Shown here piece after piece: positions 12,820-25,150 of a stretch of DNA of 64,000 bases (position 1 is the stretch's first letter; each line of letters begins with the position of its first letter). Source of the stretch: Heterodontus francisci (taxonomy: Eukaryota); contig NC_090418.1 in the NCBI RefSeq assembly GCF_036365525.1, positions 7,294,304-7,358,303 on the forward strand, given 5' to 3'. Below the pieces are notes generated by a model that saw nothing but the letters and a program-made list of their open reading frames with translations, was not told the DNA's origin and made no database searches. The position numbers were made by a program, and so were the translations under genes.

Positions 12820-13110
12820 CCTAAATCCCAGCTCTACATCTCAACCCTACATCCCAAACTTACAACCCAATCGTATATCCCAATGCTCCATCCCAACCCT
12901 ACATCCCATCACTCCATCCCAACCCTTCATCCCAATGCTCCATCCCAACTCGCCAATCCAATGCTCCATCCCAACGCTACATCCCAATCCGACATCCCAA
13001 CACTCCATGACAACATTCCATCCCAACCCTCCATTTGATTTCTACATTCAATCTCTACATCCCAGCTCTATATCCCACCTCTATATCCCAATCCTTTGCC
13101 CCAGCTCTAC
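12820..13110 (+). repeat. Degenerate (CATCCCA-core) short tandem repeat, inverse copy at 33000-33385
   Basis: Repeated CATCCCAA motifs with a period of about 18-20 bp. Confidence 0.8.
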
Positions 13111-15179
13111 ACTTGGAGTCTTTATCTCAGTTAGATTGTATTTATCAGTCAAAGTCAGGAGAGAACAAAAAGGGAGGACTGGAGAGAAGCCGAGAGAGAT
13201 TTTTAAGGAAGATTGTAGAGGTTCTCGATTGGGAGGAGGATCAGTTCTGCAATAGGGTTGAGGGCAAAGACTGTCGAACTCTCTACTCAAAACCACACAG
13301 GAAACAGGCACAGAAAGCAGAAATGAAGGAAGAAGAAAGCAGTTGCCTCGCTAAATCCTCTTTTCAGTATCGCAGTGAGGATGTCTCATGTGTCATTGAC
13401 CTCTCACCCCACGTTCGGCTTTCCTTCCCCCTCACTTTCTCCTGTGATGACCCTCCTCTGACATCCATCCCCATGCAAACTCGCACATGAGCTGAGGATC
13501 TCAGACCATGGGGTCACGACATGCCTTGAGTCAGGGTCCGGCAGGTGAGCACTCGAAGGGGTAACAAGGGGATGAGGACGGGGGAGAAGGGCAAGTGACT
13601 GGGGGGGGTCGGAGTCACGAGCTGCTCTCACGGTGATGTTTATTATTAACCGAGCGTCTGATCCTTGTTGGAGACCCGGGGGGCAATGAGCTCGAAACGA
13701 CCTGTCAATCAGGACGTGGAGAGAAGGAGAAGGAGGGGATCGAGCAGGAAGCGGGAATTGGTTGACATGCAAACTTGTGTTTTGAAAGCCTGAGGACTGC
13801 AGGAGGGAGGAGATACTAAGGAAGGTGAAGAGTCTCACACTGGCCCCAGGAAAGAATGGCTGAGAATGAGAGATGGGTCTTGGATCCCGCGCGGGGTGAG
13901 CAGAGTGAGCTTAACAGTGCATTTGCAGTCTTAGAGAAAATGAAGACATTGAAAGGAGCAATTGCTCTCCATAATATGGAGAGACAAGGATGTGATGAAG
14001 AGATTCGGAAGCTGGTGGTGAGCATGCGGCCTCTCTGATGACAAGCGTTTCCTTCTATCCTGTTTGGGTGTTGCCAAGGTGTGGGTGCCATGGGCCGTGC
14101 TGGGTGTGGGACAGTGCTGCAGATCAAGGGCTGGGTTTTCCCAGAGCTTCAGGAAGTCATCCTCCGCGTGGATCGTTGGGGCTCTGAGGGGGTCGTTTGA
14201 TGCTCCGATTGTCCCCTCCCCACTCCCCATCCCAGCCTGCCACAGAGAGGCTGCCTCCATCAAGCTGGCAGTCTCCGCACACGCCAGCGGGGCGGGAATA
14301 TGTCTCCTAATTGGGGCCTTAAGTACGTAAATTGGTCGAGCGCCTCCTGGGGAATGTTCCCGGTGGCGGGAATGTGTCAGGGAGCCGTCCGGATGCGCCC
14401 CCCACCAATGTTCCCAGCTCCCAAACCCTCCAAGCACAAAGCCACGGGGCGGGAACATTCAGCCCCCAGACTCAGACTCAGGCATCAGTAACATCAACGA
14501 GAAAGAGCCGTGTTCACAGAGGGATCGATTTATTCTTTTAATTTATCATTTACACATTCAAAGTACGAAACAGCAGCATCAGTGTTGTTAGTAACTGAGG
14601 GCAGGAGGTGGAGGTGGGTGGAGGGGTTTCCCAGTTGGTTATTGGGGAGCAGGGGCTTCTTAGGATAGGAGCTGGGGGGGCACATGGGACCCAGACCACC
14701 ACCACACCCTCCACCCCCATCTCCTCTGACCATCGGCACGGCTTCTACTCCATGTGGCTGGGTCTCGATTCCCGCATGGTCCAGTCAGACGATGTCGCGC
14801 TCTCTCCTTGTTCCAGCTGCAAGTGAGCAGCGGGCGTGCCTGGTGGGGCCTAGTTAGTCAGGCTTCCGCACGACAAGCCAAGGAGCCGACTGCAGTAGGA
14901 GGTGGTTGTGAAGTTGGCCGGGCGTTCAGGCTGACCAGTCCATTTGGGACGTCTCAGTGGCACACAGGGGGGTGCAGTTGATGATGACTGTTGCAACTCT
15001 GACTGGGTAATCGCCCTCCCTGTCATAAAGGTGTTGATGCCAAGTCGACTGCCCGACCCTGTCACTCGCTGAGATTGGTTTAGAGCATGGAGGTAGGGAT
15101 CAGAGCCGGGCCCATCCAGGTCTGTGTGACTCAGGACCTCACCAGGCATGACCAACACCAACTTTATTCTGTGCTTTCA

Positions 15180-15560
15180 CAGGATGTGGGCGTCTCACGC
15201 AAGTCCAGCATTTGCTGCCCATCCCTAATTGCCTTTGACAACTGACTGGCTTGCTAGACCCTTTCGGAGGGCAATTCAGAGTCAACCACATGGCTGTGGG
15301 TCTGGATTCACTTGTAGGCCAGACCGAGTAAGGAGGGCAGATTGCCTTCCCTAAAGGAAATTAGTGAAACAAATGGGTTTTTACGACAATCGATGATAGT
15401 TTCCTGGCACCATTAGTGAGACGAGATTTCAATCCCAGATTTTCACTAATTAATTGAATTTAAATTCAGCTGCTGTGGTGGGATTTGAACCGTCTCCCCC
15501 CAGGGCATTAGCCTGGGCCTCTGGCCTACTAGCTCAGTGACATTACCACTTCGCCACTAA
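15180..15560 (-). mobile_element. tRNA-headed SINE sharing its 3' tail with the CR1-like LINE family at 20880-21553
   Basis: Reverse-strand B-box GGTTCAAATCCC and tail AGGATGTGGGCGTC...GCCCATCCCTAATTGCC. Related copies at 25290-25570 and 52490-52890. Confidence 0.6.
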
Positions 15561-15678
15561 CTCACCCGAAACACTGAGAGGGACCCAGACTTTCCACCAG
15601 GGGTTACTTTCAAATTTCCCACTGCCCTCACACCCCCGCCCATCCTCCATCATTGATGCTGAGTCCCATTGAGTGGGT

Positions 15679-15684
15679 TTTAAT
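15679..15684 (-). promoter_or_regulatory. Candidate LECT2 polyadenylation signal ATTAAA
   Basis: ATTAAA on the minus strand about 70 nt after the LECT2 stop. Confidence 0.5.
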
Positions 15685-15753
15685 TAGGTAAGAATTTCAC
15701 GTGAATTTGGTGGGTTTCAGCGCGTGGCGGATACGGATTTCCTTCACCCGGAG

Positions 15754-15923
15754 TTACAGGTAAGATGTAGGGTTTGTGGAGGTGTCACACATCTGGATGT
15801 GGACATGTGAGGTTATCCCGGGGTAAACACTTTGCATGTTCAGCAACGTCCCGATCCTCTCACCTTTTGAAACAGACCCACTGTAACGATCTGGTGAGAT
15901 GTAGAATATCTTAACGCAGTAAC
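15754..15923 (-). CDS. LECT2: LECT2 exon 4 ([14 protein letters not shown]...[23 protein letters not shown])
   Basis: Acceptor ctccAG, phase 1, 170 nt. Strong match to the LECT2 C-terminus (CVKxFYIxP, YPGIxSHVHI, PTxYL). Confidence 0.95.
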
Positions 15924-16194
15924 CTGGAGTTAGAGAGATTATATTAAGCGAAACCAGATCCCACAACACAGGGGCTACAAGCGGAATACCAATCTCACCC
16001 ACAGTCTATTACTGCAATGGTGAGCACACACGGAAGGGTCTATTACTGTAGTACTCAGTCTGTGCATCTGACAATGCAGAACTCACCCGATATTTCACTG
16101 TACCCTCGATCCAGATTATGTGTTTAAGGGCTGGAAGGGGTTTTGAACCAATCATCATCCTGACTCATATACAAGACAGTAAATGAACCAAGTC

Positions 16195-16905
16195 GGTGCA
16201 GGAGCAGAGGGACCCTGGAGTATATGTGCACAAATAGTTGACAGTGGCAGGGCAGTTTGAGAAAGTAGTTAAAAGGCATACGGGATTCTGTGCTTTATAA
16301 ATAGAGGCAAAAAGTATTAAAAACAAGGAAGTTATGATAAACCTTTATAAAACACTGGTTCAGCCTCAACTGGGGTCTTGTGTCCGATTCTGGGCACCGC
16401 ACTTTAGGAAAGATGTGAAGACAGACGAGAGGGTGCAGAGAAGGTTTATGAAAATGGTTCCAGGGATGAGGAACTTCAGTTCCATGGATAGATTGGAGAA
16501 GCTGGGGCTGTTCTCCTTAGAGAAGGAAAGGTTGAGAGGAGACTTGATGGAGGTGTTCAAAATCATGAGGGGTCGGGACAGCGTAGATCGGGAGAAACTG
16601 TTCCCATTGGTGGACGGATCAAGAAGCGGAGGACACAGGTTTAAGGTGATTGGGCAAAAGGCAATGCGAGGAAATATTATTTTACACAGCGAGTGGTTAG
16701 GATCTGGGATGCACTGCCTGAGAGTGTGGTGGAGGCAGGTTCAATCCGGAATTTCAAAAGGGAATTGGACAAAAGCCTGAAGGGAAAAGATTTTCAGGGC
16801 TATGGGGAGAGGGACCAACTGAGTGAATCTTGCAGAGAGCCGACAGGGACACGATGGGCCGAATGGCCTCTTTCTGTGCTGTAACCATTCAATGATTCAA
16901 TGATT
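16195..16905 (+). mobile_element. CR1 LINE 3' fragment in LECT2 intron 3
   Basis: LYKTLVQPQLGSCVRFWAPHFRKD...LEKLGLFSLE, with an (ATTCAATG) tail. Confidence 0.9.
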
Positions 16906-17519
16906 CCAAGGCGGCCTGAGGCCCTGGTTTAGGCTCCTCCTACCCTGGGCAAGGAGTGGAGCAGAATTTCTCACGGAAAGAGCAATGGTGATTTTATTCT
17001 ATCCTGGGAGTGGGGTCACTGCTACGGCCACTCCTCAGAGATCTAGCCACCTGATCAGGGATCAAATTTGGCATCTCTTGCTCTACGTAGCCCAGTAACA
17101 TGCCACACAAGTGGGTGCCCGACACACAAAACCATCAGACAGACGGAGTTCCGGTTCGACGCAGTTACTTGAGCCAGTTAGTCATTGCAGAGGCTTCCAC
17201 TTAATCACAGCTGGATTGGCAAAGGCGAGAGGCACAGGACAAGAGACTTTCTTGTGAGTCTATCTCCTGGCATCCATTATCACTTTGCCAAGCACTCCCC
17301 CCCCCCTCCCCCCCCTCCACCCATCATGGGCCAGAAAGTTGGCTGAGAATCCCACACCAAGTCTTGACACTAAAGGTTGCACTGAGCGAGTGCAGCATGG
17401 TTGACAGTGCCACCCTTCAGATGAGACAACAGACAGAAGGTGCCCGGGATCACCCTGTGCAGGCAAAGAGACAGTTTCCCATGCCGTTATTGAAATAAGA
17501 GGAAGGGCAGATCCTCCTT

Positions 17520-18015
17520 CAAGTCAGCACCACTGGCAAGGCCAGCATTTATTGCCCATCTCTAATTGCCCTTGAGCAGGTCGTGGTGAGCTGCCTTCTT
17601 GAACCGCTGCAGTCCATGTGGGGTAGGTACACCCACAGTGCTGTTAGGGAGGGAGCTCCAGGATTTAAACCCAGTGGCAGTGAAGGAACAGTGATATAGT
17701 TCCAAGTCAGGATGGTGTGTGACTTGGAGGGGAACTTGCAGGTGCTGGTGTTCCCAAGCATCTGCTGCCCTTGTCCTTCTAGGTGGCAGAGGTCGCAGGT
17801 TTGGGCGGTGCTGTCAAGGGAGCCTTGGTGAGTTGCTGCAGTGCATCGTGTAGATGGTACACACTGCTGCCACTGTGCGTCGGTGGTGGAGGGAGTGAAT
17901 GTTTCTCGATGGGGTGCCAATCAAGCGGGCTGCTTTGTCCTGGATGGTGTCGAGCTTCTTCAGTGTTTTTGGAGCCGCACTCATCCAGGCAAGTGGAGAG
18001 TATTCCATCACAAGC
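17520..18015 (-). mobile_element. CR1-superfamily LINE 3' fragment
   Basis: MEYSPLAWMSAAPKTLKKLDTIQDKAARLIG, same family as 20880-21553 and 49765-50428. Confidence 0.85.
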
Positions 18016-18298
18016 CTGGTCATATTATTGCTGCCAGTGGGATCTTACTGTGCACAAAATGGCCACTGTGCTTCCACAATCAAAACTCATTCATTTAAGT
18101 AATTCATGAGGTTTCTGAAAGATGGTGAATACAGATCGATCTCAATCCATGTATATTGAAAGGACTTAGGAAACAAAAGTTGATGAGCCCCAATCTGGGG
18201 AAGGACTTACACCAGCTCCTAGTTACATTGTAAAATCTGACTTTACAGATATATTTTCATAGATTTCAGCTCTACATCCATAGTCGGAGATCATCACC

Positions 18299-18647
18299 CA
18301 CAGTGGCGCAGTGGTTAGCACCGCAGCCTCACAGCTCCAGCGACCTGGGTTCAATTCTGGGTACTGCCTGTGTGCAGTTTGCAAGTTCTCCCTGTGTCTG
18401 TGTGGGTTGCCTCCGGGTGCTCCGGTTTCCTCCCACATGCCAAAGACTTGCAGGTTGATAGGTTAATTGGCCATTATAAATTGCCCCTAGTATAGGTAGG
18501 TGGTAGGGAAATATAGGGAAGGTGGGGATATGGTAGGAATATGGAATTAGTGTAGGATTAGTATAAATGGGTGGTTGATGGTCGGCACAGACTCGGTGGG
18601 CCGAAGGGCCTGTTTCAGTGCTGTATCTCTAAACTAAACTAAACTAA
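18299..18647 (+). mobile_element. HE1-like tRNA-derived SINE, present only in the left arm
   Basis: A and B boxes, (CTAAA)n tail. The empty site reads CTTGTTCACTTGTGGGTGATG at about 31933-31953. Confidence 0.85.
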
Positions 18648-18888
18648 AGTGAACAAGCCCAGTAGCTCAGTAAGTCAATACTGGGCAGTGATTTCTGTTT
18701 GAATCATAGCATGAGGTAGCCAGGAAGGAGGCCATTCTGTCCATCGTACCTGTACTATTGCTCCCTACACCCCCTTGGAAGCTGTAAATTTTAAAAACTC
18801 TGACAATTCCTGCATTGCTGAAGTGGCTGAGGCTTTGTGGGGAGATGTGGGTTAACAAGAAGCTGCCGGGAATCGAACCCTCTCTCAC

Positions 18889-19034
18889 CTGATCCCTCCA
18901 ACAACACTCCATTATTAATCGCATTGTTATTCCTATAAGGGTTCGCCCGCCTCACCAGTGTGCCGCGGAAGGGGGCGTAAACTGTCGATCCGTCGCTGCA
19001 AACCACGTCGACTCCCAGGTGTTTGCGACTGCCC
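18889..19034 (-). CDS. LECT2: LECT2 exon 3 (GSRKHLGVDVVCSDGSTVYAPF...NAINNGVLLEGS)
   Basis: 146 nt, acceptor gtgtccAG, donor GTGAGA, phases 2 and 1. Has the HxxxD zinc motif and the GSTVYAPF and NAINNGV signatures. Confidence 0.95.
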
Positions 19035-19988
19035 CTGGACACAACAGAACACAGTCAACCCCGAACACGATCATCTCGCCAATCCACTCCCCCCCATGTC
19101 TGGTGGATCCACCCATTATTGCACCCAACATTTACACAGCCCCCTCAGACCGGAGAAGCTCACACTGACCCATTATTGTGATCCCACATTGGAAAGGTAC
19201 CAGTGAATCTCCCGTGGCATTGCTCACCGTTCGAGTGTGACATCTTACTTGTGACAACTAAAGTGCGACAGGAAACGAGGGTGACACTTACAGAAAGTGC
19301 GCCCTACGAGGCATATACGTTATTGATTATAAAAACAGATGGCCCGTTGTCCCCTGTTGTAGAATTAATGAAAATGAGCTCCTTCAGTGTGCTTGACCAT
19401 GAAAGCTATACTGCAGGCTCTGAGGATGCCACCAATGCCCCATGGAACGGGCACACGAGGTGGTCAAAACAAATAGTGGGGGTGGGACGGGGGTAGGGGG
19501 TGGGTGGGTTCCTCGGATACTCCAACCCCCTCTGTGCCCGCTGGCCAAAATTGTCTCCCGGTTAAACAATGCCTCGACTTTAAAATTCTTATCCTTTTTT
19601 TCTAATTCCTCCGTGGCCTCACACCCTCCCCATCTCGGTAACCCTACAAACCCTCCGAGATCTCTGCCCTCCTCCAATTCTGGCCTCTTACGCATCTTGG
19701 ATTTCATCGCTCCACCATTGGCGGCCGTGCCTTCAGCTGCCTGGGGCCCCAAGCTCCGCAATTCCCTCCCGAAACCTCTCTTTCCTCCTCTAAGATGCTC
19801 CTTAAAAACCAACCTCTCTCGAACCTCATCCAACCGAATATGTGGCTCGGTGCCAAATTGTAGTTTGATAATCGCTCTCGTGAAGCACCTTGAGGCATTT
19901 TGCTTTATTAAAGGTGCTATATAAATGCAAGTGGTCCTTGTTGAAGGAAGGCAAAAAACTGCATCGAGAACGACAACGTGACGATTAC

Positions 19989-20085
19989 CTGGGAGCACCG
20001 TAAGCTCCACTGCCGTAGCTATCTATCCCTCTCACATTGTTGGTTGGATTGCCAGCGCACAGTTTCCCCCAGCTCCCAGCCGTAA
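19989..20085 (-). CDS. LECT2: LECT2 exon 2 (VTAGSWGKLCAGNPTNNVRGIDSYGSGAYGAPR)
   Basis: 97 nt, acceptor tctcacacAG, donor GTAATC, phases 1 and 2. Aligns to the LECT2 mature N-terminus. Confidence 0.9.
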
Positions 20086-20879
20086 CTGTGTGAGACAGAA
20101 TGTAACACAGGAAAGGGAATCATTAAATTACTGTTGTCGGTACAAATTCTCAGGCCCAGATCTTGCGGTCCCAACAAAGGCGAACGCAACCTCCGGTGAC
20201 CAACTTACCGCCAAAACCCGGATGTTGTGATGCCAACCGGCTGTGTGGAGTTTAACCAGCTAAACCTGCAGAGGCCTCAGCAGGCGCCGCAGAAACTCAC
20301 ACTGACCCATTATTGCGAGTACTTTGCATATTTGCCCACAACTAACGTGGACGTTTACATGCAGATATCAGGGCTCAGAAGCTTGGCTGCAAGTCAGCAA
20401 AGAGGTAAGGGTAGTTGAAGGCTGCCAATGTTGAAATTAGCAATAACAATGTTCTTCATGATTCTCCCAGCTGCTCTGACTCTCCTTCCCCTCCCCCATC
20501 TTCGCTGCCCATTCCCCCATCCTTCTCCTCAGTCCCGTCCAACACTGCCAGAGGGACTGACTGATGTTGGGGATGGACGCTGGTGGCAGAGCTGGTATGG
20601 GGTGGAACCGGGCACTGGTGCCCAAAGGGTGTCAGGGGAATTGGGGGAGAGGGCTTGGCGGGGGGGGGGGGGGAACTGTAATTCAAACTTTACACAGCTA
20701 CGTTGCTGCCTAAAAATTGGGAACTGTTCAGATATTCCAAATAAATGCATCAAATTAATCCTCTGGTGCGGCATTCCCTTTTGTTCTTTGCAGTGAGCGA
20801 GGTCAGAATGCGGATTCCCTGTCACAAACCAATGGGAAAGCACAGCCTGCAAATTCCTTACAATGGGAATTAATAGAGC

Positions 20880-21553
20880 GCCAACATCCTGGGGGTTACC
20901 ATTGACCAGAAACTGAACTGGAGTAGCCATATAAATACCATGGCTACAAGAGCAGGTCAGAGGCTAGGAATCCTGAGGCGAGTAACTCACCTCCTGACTC
21001 CCCAAAGCCTGTCCACCATCTACAAGGCACAAGTCAGGAGTGCGATGGAATACTCTCCACTTGCCTGGATGGGTGCAGCTCCAACAACACTCAAGAGGCT
21101 CGACACCATCCAGGACAAAGCAGCCCGCTTGATTGGCACCCCATCGACAAACATTCACTCCCTCCACCACCGACGCACAGTGGCAGCAGTGTGTACCATC
21201 TACAAGATGCACTGCCGCAACTCACAAAGGCTACTTCTACAGCATCTTCCAAACCCACGAACTCTACCACGTAGAAGGAGAAGGGCACCAGATGCATGGG
21301 AACACCACCACCTGCAAGTTCCCCTCCAAGTCACACACCATCCTGACTCAGAACTATATCGCCGTTCCTTCACTGTCGCTGGGTCAAAATCCTGGAACTC
21401 CCTCCCTAACAGCACTGTGGGTGTACCTACCCCACATGGACTGCAGCGGTTCAAGAAGGCGGCTCACCACCACCTTCTCAAGGGCAATTAGAGATGGGCA
21501 ATAAATGTTGGTCTTGCCAGCGATGCCCACTTCCCACGAATGAATAAAAAAAA
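20880..21553 (+). mobile_element. CR1-superfamily LINE 3' fragment with A-rich tail, in LECT2 intron 1
   Basis: 183-aa ORF ATRAGQRLGILRRVTHLL...IYKAQVRSAMEYSPLAW...WNSLP, ending in GAATGAATAAAAAAAA. Confidence 0.9.
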
Positions 21554-21559
21554 TTAAAG

Positions 21560-22309
21560 TGGGAATAGATTAGGTGGAATATTAAAGGGGAGTGAGGGGG
21601 AGAGTGGGATTATATTGGAGGATATGGGGACTAGGGCAGCGAGCAGCCCCCACTCGGCTCCAGAGAAGGAAATGTCCGACTGTGTAGGGGGCTCCCAGAT
21701 GGGGAAACAGTGGGTAGATTACTGACCCTCTGCAGGTTTAGCTGATTCTCTCCACACAGCCGGCTGGCCCTGAGCTTGGTTCGGACGGACTGTGTCCCTG
21801 CTCTCTGCTTCAGTGTTCATCTCTATTTGAGAGATGGTCCCCTCCAGAACAGTCACACAAACCTCCCTCGGTCTGTGGCTGTCAGGAATTTGATTTGGAG
21901 AATCTCTGACCTGCGGATGGCGATTCTGGATGCGTCACACAACGGCTGTTCATCAACTTGCAGCTATTGGAATGAGAGTGCATATAAGACTTGCATTTAT
22001 ATAGCACCTGTCACCACCATTGGACATCCCAAAGCAGTTACAGCCAATGAAGCACTTTTGAGTGTCGCCATTATTGAAGTGCAGGAAACCTGGCAGCCGA
22101 TTTGTGCACAGCAAGCTCCCACAAGCATCAATGTGATGTTGAGGCATAAATATTAGTCCAGGACACTGGGGAGAACTCCCCTGCTCTTCTTTGAAACAGT
22201 GGCCACGGGAGCTTTTACATCCACCTGAGAGGGCAAATGGGGCCTCGGTTTAACGTCCCATCCGAAGACGGCACCTCTGACCATGCAGCACTCCCTCAGT
22301 AGTGGCACT
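21560..22309 (+). repeat. Inverted duplication, left arm segment C (pairs with about 28019-28770), includes a Deu-type SINE
   Basis: Near-identical reverse complement. Mirrored ORFs at 21776(+) and 28172(-). Confidence 0.95.
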
Positions 22310-22643
22310 GGGAGTATCTGCCTGGATTCTGGTGCTCAGATCCTGGAGTGGGTCTTGAACCCAGAACCTTGTGAGTCAGGGGGCGAGAGGGCTACCAACC
22401 GAGCTACAATAGAAGGGCCGAAGGGCACATTAAATGACTCAGAAAGACGTCCCGGAGAAAACTCTGGTAAACAACTGACTGGACATGATTGGGAAAGAGA
22501 AATCCTCTTGTTTCAGGTCGTGCATACTGGCCATTCCGAAATTTGAAATGCTTCGTCAAACATTTTGAACAATGAACCAGTTTGCAAATCCCAAATAATT
22601 CGAAAGCGTCATCTCTACTCACACTGAGCGCGTGCAGACTTAC

Positions 22644-22683
22644 CCTGAGTGAATAGAATGAAGAAGACGAGTTCCCTCAACAT
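22644..22683 (-). CDS. LECT2: LECT2 exon 1, signal peptide MLRELVFFILFTQ
   Basis: ATG at 22683, donor G|GTAAGT, 40 nt, phase 1. Exons total 40+97+146+170 = 453 nt, giving 150 aa plus stop with no disruption. A TATTTAA element lies about 70 nt upstream. Confidence 0.85.
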
Positions 22684-23964
22684 GATGACGTCTCGGAAAT
22701 TCTGAGGAGAAAGTTGCAACTATTATTGCATTCGCCTCAACTCAAACCTTCTTAAATATTCGGCAAACATCAATCTAGCTGTAACTTTAATTCTGTTCAG
22801 CGAGCAGTTAAAGGGGCCATTCTGCCCTCCTGCTACCACATAGAATCTTGCAGGACCCCAGGAGACCACTCGGCCCATTCTGTCTGTGCTGGCTCTTTGA
22901 AGGAGCCGAAAAAATAGTCCCATTGATCCTGGTCTTCCCCCACAGGCCTGCAATTTCTTTTGCTTTTCAAGTATTTATCCTATTTTCTTTTGAAAGTTAC
23001 TATTGAATATGCTTCCGCCGCCCTTTCAGGCAGCGCGTTCCGGATCACAACAACTTAGATGATTAAAAAAAATTCTCCTCCTCTACCCCCCTCTGCATCT
23101 ATTGCCAATTATCATAAATCTATGTCCCTCTGGTGACTGACCCTCCTGCCACTGGAAACGGTTTCCCCTTATTTACTGTATCGAGACCTGTCAAGAGTTT
23201 GCAGGCCTCTGTCGAACCTCCCCTTTAGCTTCTCGACTCGTGGGAGAACTCACTGCAGAATCCCGAGTCAATGCACTGAAGTCGGGGGTGGAAAATCCGG
23301 CAATTGTATTTCACTGACAAGGGGCTGGAGGGAGGAGGAGCATGTCAGACCCTATCTGGCCAATTAAAGCAGCTGAACGTCATGTTTTGCCCCTTCCCAG
23401 TGTACTCTGCTCTACATCCTTACGTCATTTACCCGAAGGCTCTTCAAATCTGCCCCGCATTCCTATTTACCGGAGTTTACTATTGACCGAAAGGTCATGA
23501 GGAGGCAGTGAAGCAGGTTTGGGTAATGTTGGGAAATGAATGAGTACACAGGGACATGTAAGGACATCCAATGTCTGATAAGCCCATGACCTCAGTCTCT
23601 TGCCACAGCTTAACGCTTATCAAGGTCACTGCCGAGGTGATCATTAACCACCAGTGGCCCAACTTTGGCTCTAACTCTTGGTTGACTTCCCTTCGATGTT
23701 TAATCCCTGGCGGCTGGAACGCGAGTCCTGAGGAGTGTGACGGCATGTCGCTGGGTTAACCAGAATGCCCGAGAACAAGGTTTGAGTGCTTCAGTTAGAT
23801 GGTTCCTCCTTTCTCAGATGACAGTAGACCGCGCACACACACACGCACACGCACACACACACACACGTTGCCCGTTTGTATGGTCCCAGTTTCTGTCTCC
23901 CTCGAAGAGGGAGCTGGGTAAGTTCCTTGCTAAGGTGGAGGGTGCGGTCTTCAAGAGGTAGATA

Positions 23965-24830
23965 TCAGCATAGGAACATAGGAGCAGGAGTAGGCCATTC
24001 AGCCCATCGGGCCTGCTCCACCATTCAATACAATCATGGCTGATCATTCACTTCAATGCCTTTTCCCCACACTATCTCCATATCCCTTTATGTCATTGAT
24101 ATTTAGAAATCTGTCAATCTCTGCTTTAAACATGCTCAATGACTGAGCTTCCACAGCCCTCTGGGGTAGAGAATCTCCAAAGATTCACAACCATCTGAGT
24201 AAAGAAATTTCTCCTCATCTCTGTCCTCAGTGGCTTCTCCCTTATTTTGAAATTGTGTCTCCTGGTTCTAGACTCCCCAACCAGGGGAAACATCTTACCT
24301 GCATCTACCCTGTCTACCCCTTTAAGTATTTTGTAGGTTTCAATGAAATCACCTCTCTTCGAAACTGTAGAGAATACAGGTCCAGTTTCCCCAATCTCTC
24401 TTCATAGTACAGTCCCGCCATCCCGGGAACAAGTCTGGTGAACCTTTGTTGCACTCCCTCTATGGCAATAATATCCTTCCTAAAGTAAGGGAACAAAACT
24501 TCGCACAGTATTCCAGGTGCAGTCTAACCAATTGAAGCAAGACTTTGCTACTCCTGTACTCAAATCCTCTGACAATAAAGGCTAACATACCATTAGCCTT
24601 CCTAATTGCTTGCTGCACCTGCATGTTAGCTTTCAGAGACTAATTGATGAGGACACCCAGGTCCTCTTTGTACATCTACACTTTCTAATCACTTACCATT
24701 TAAGAAATACTCTGCACATCTGTTCCTCCTACCAAAGTGGATAACCTCAAGTTTTTCCACATTATCTTCCATCTGCCATGTTCTTGCCCACTCACTAAGT
24801 CCGTCCAAATCCCCCTTGAAACTGCATTTA
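23965..24830 (-). mobile_element. CR1 LINE 3' fragment
   Basis: PYFRKDIIAIEGVQQRFTRLVPGMAGLYYEERLGKL, with a tail at 23965-23980. Confidence 0.85.
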
Positions 24831-25150
24831 TTTATTTTCATTTAGAGATACAGCACTGAAACAGGCCCTTCGGCCCACCAGGTCTGTGCTGCCCAAGAAC
24901 CACCCATTTTATACTAACCCTGCAGTAATCCCATATTCTGTACCACCTACCTACACTAGGGGCAATTTATAATGATCAATTTACCTATCACCTGCAAGTC
25001 TTTGGCTGTGGGAGGAAACCAATGCACCCGGTCAAAACCCACGCAGTCGCAGGGAGAACTTACAAACTCCGCACAGGCAGTACCCAGAATTGAACTTGGG
25101 TCCCTGGAGCTGTGAGGCTGTGGTGCTAACCACTGCGCCACTGTGCCACC
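24830..25150 (-). mobile_element. HE1-like SINE
   Basis: Reverse complement of the SINE at 7793. Confidence 0.85.

Larger units (their letters stand above)
11320..14286 (+). repeat. Inverted duplication, left arm segment A (pairs with about 32068-34922)
   Basis: Reverse-complement match read directly, for example 12145-12820 vs 33390-34062 nearly identical. Mirrored ORFs at 12473(+) and 33090(-). Confidence 0.95.
18204..20305 (+). repeat. Inverted duplication, left arm segment B (pairs with about 29517-32043)
   Basis: LECT2 exons 2-3 and their introns are mirrored on the other strand, visibly more diverged than segments A and C. Confidence 0.95.

Noticed and set aside
12473-13255. 260-aa ORF and its 214-aa mirror at 33090-33734
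   Set aside because: They run through a CATCCCA tandem repeat and have no recognisable domain. They match each other only because of the inverted duplication.
13404-14458. Overlapping ORFs duplicated at 32012-33067
   Set aside because: No recognisable domain and stops in the most protein-like frame. Probably a decayed transposon (ALHNM faintly recalls Harbinger nucleases), too weak to call.
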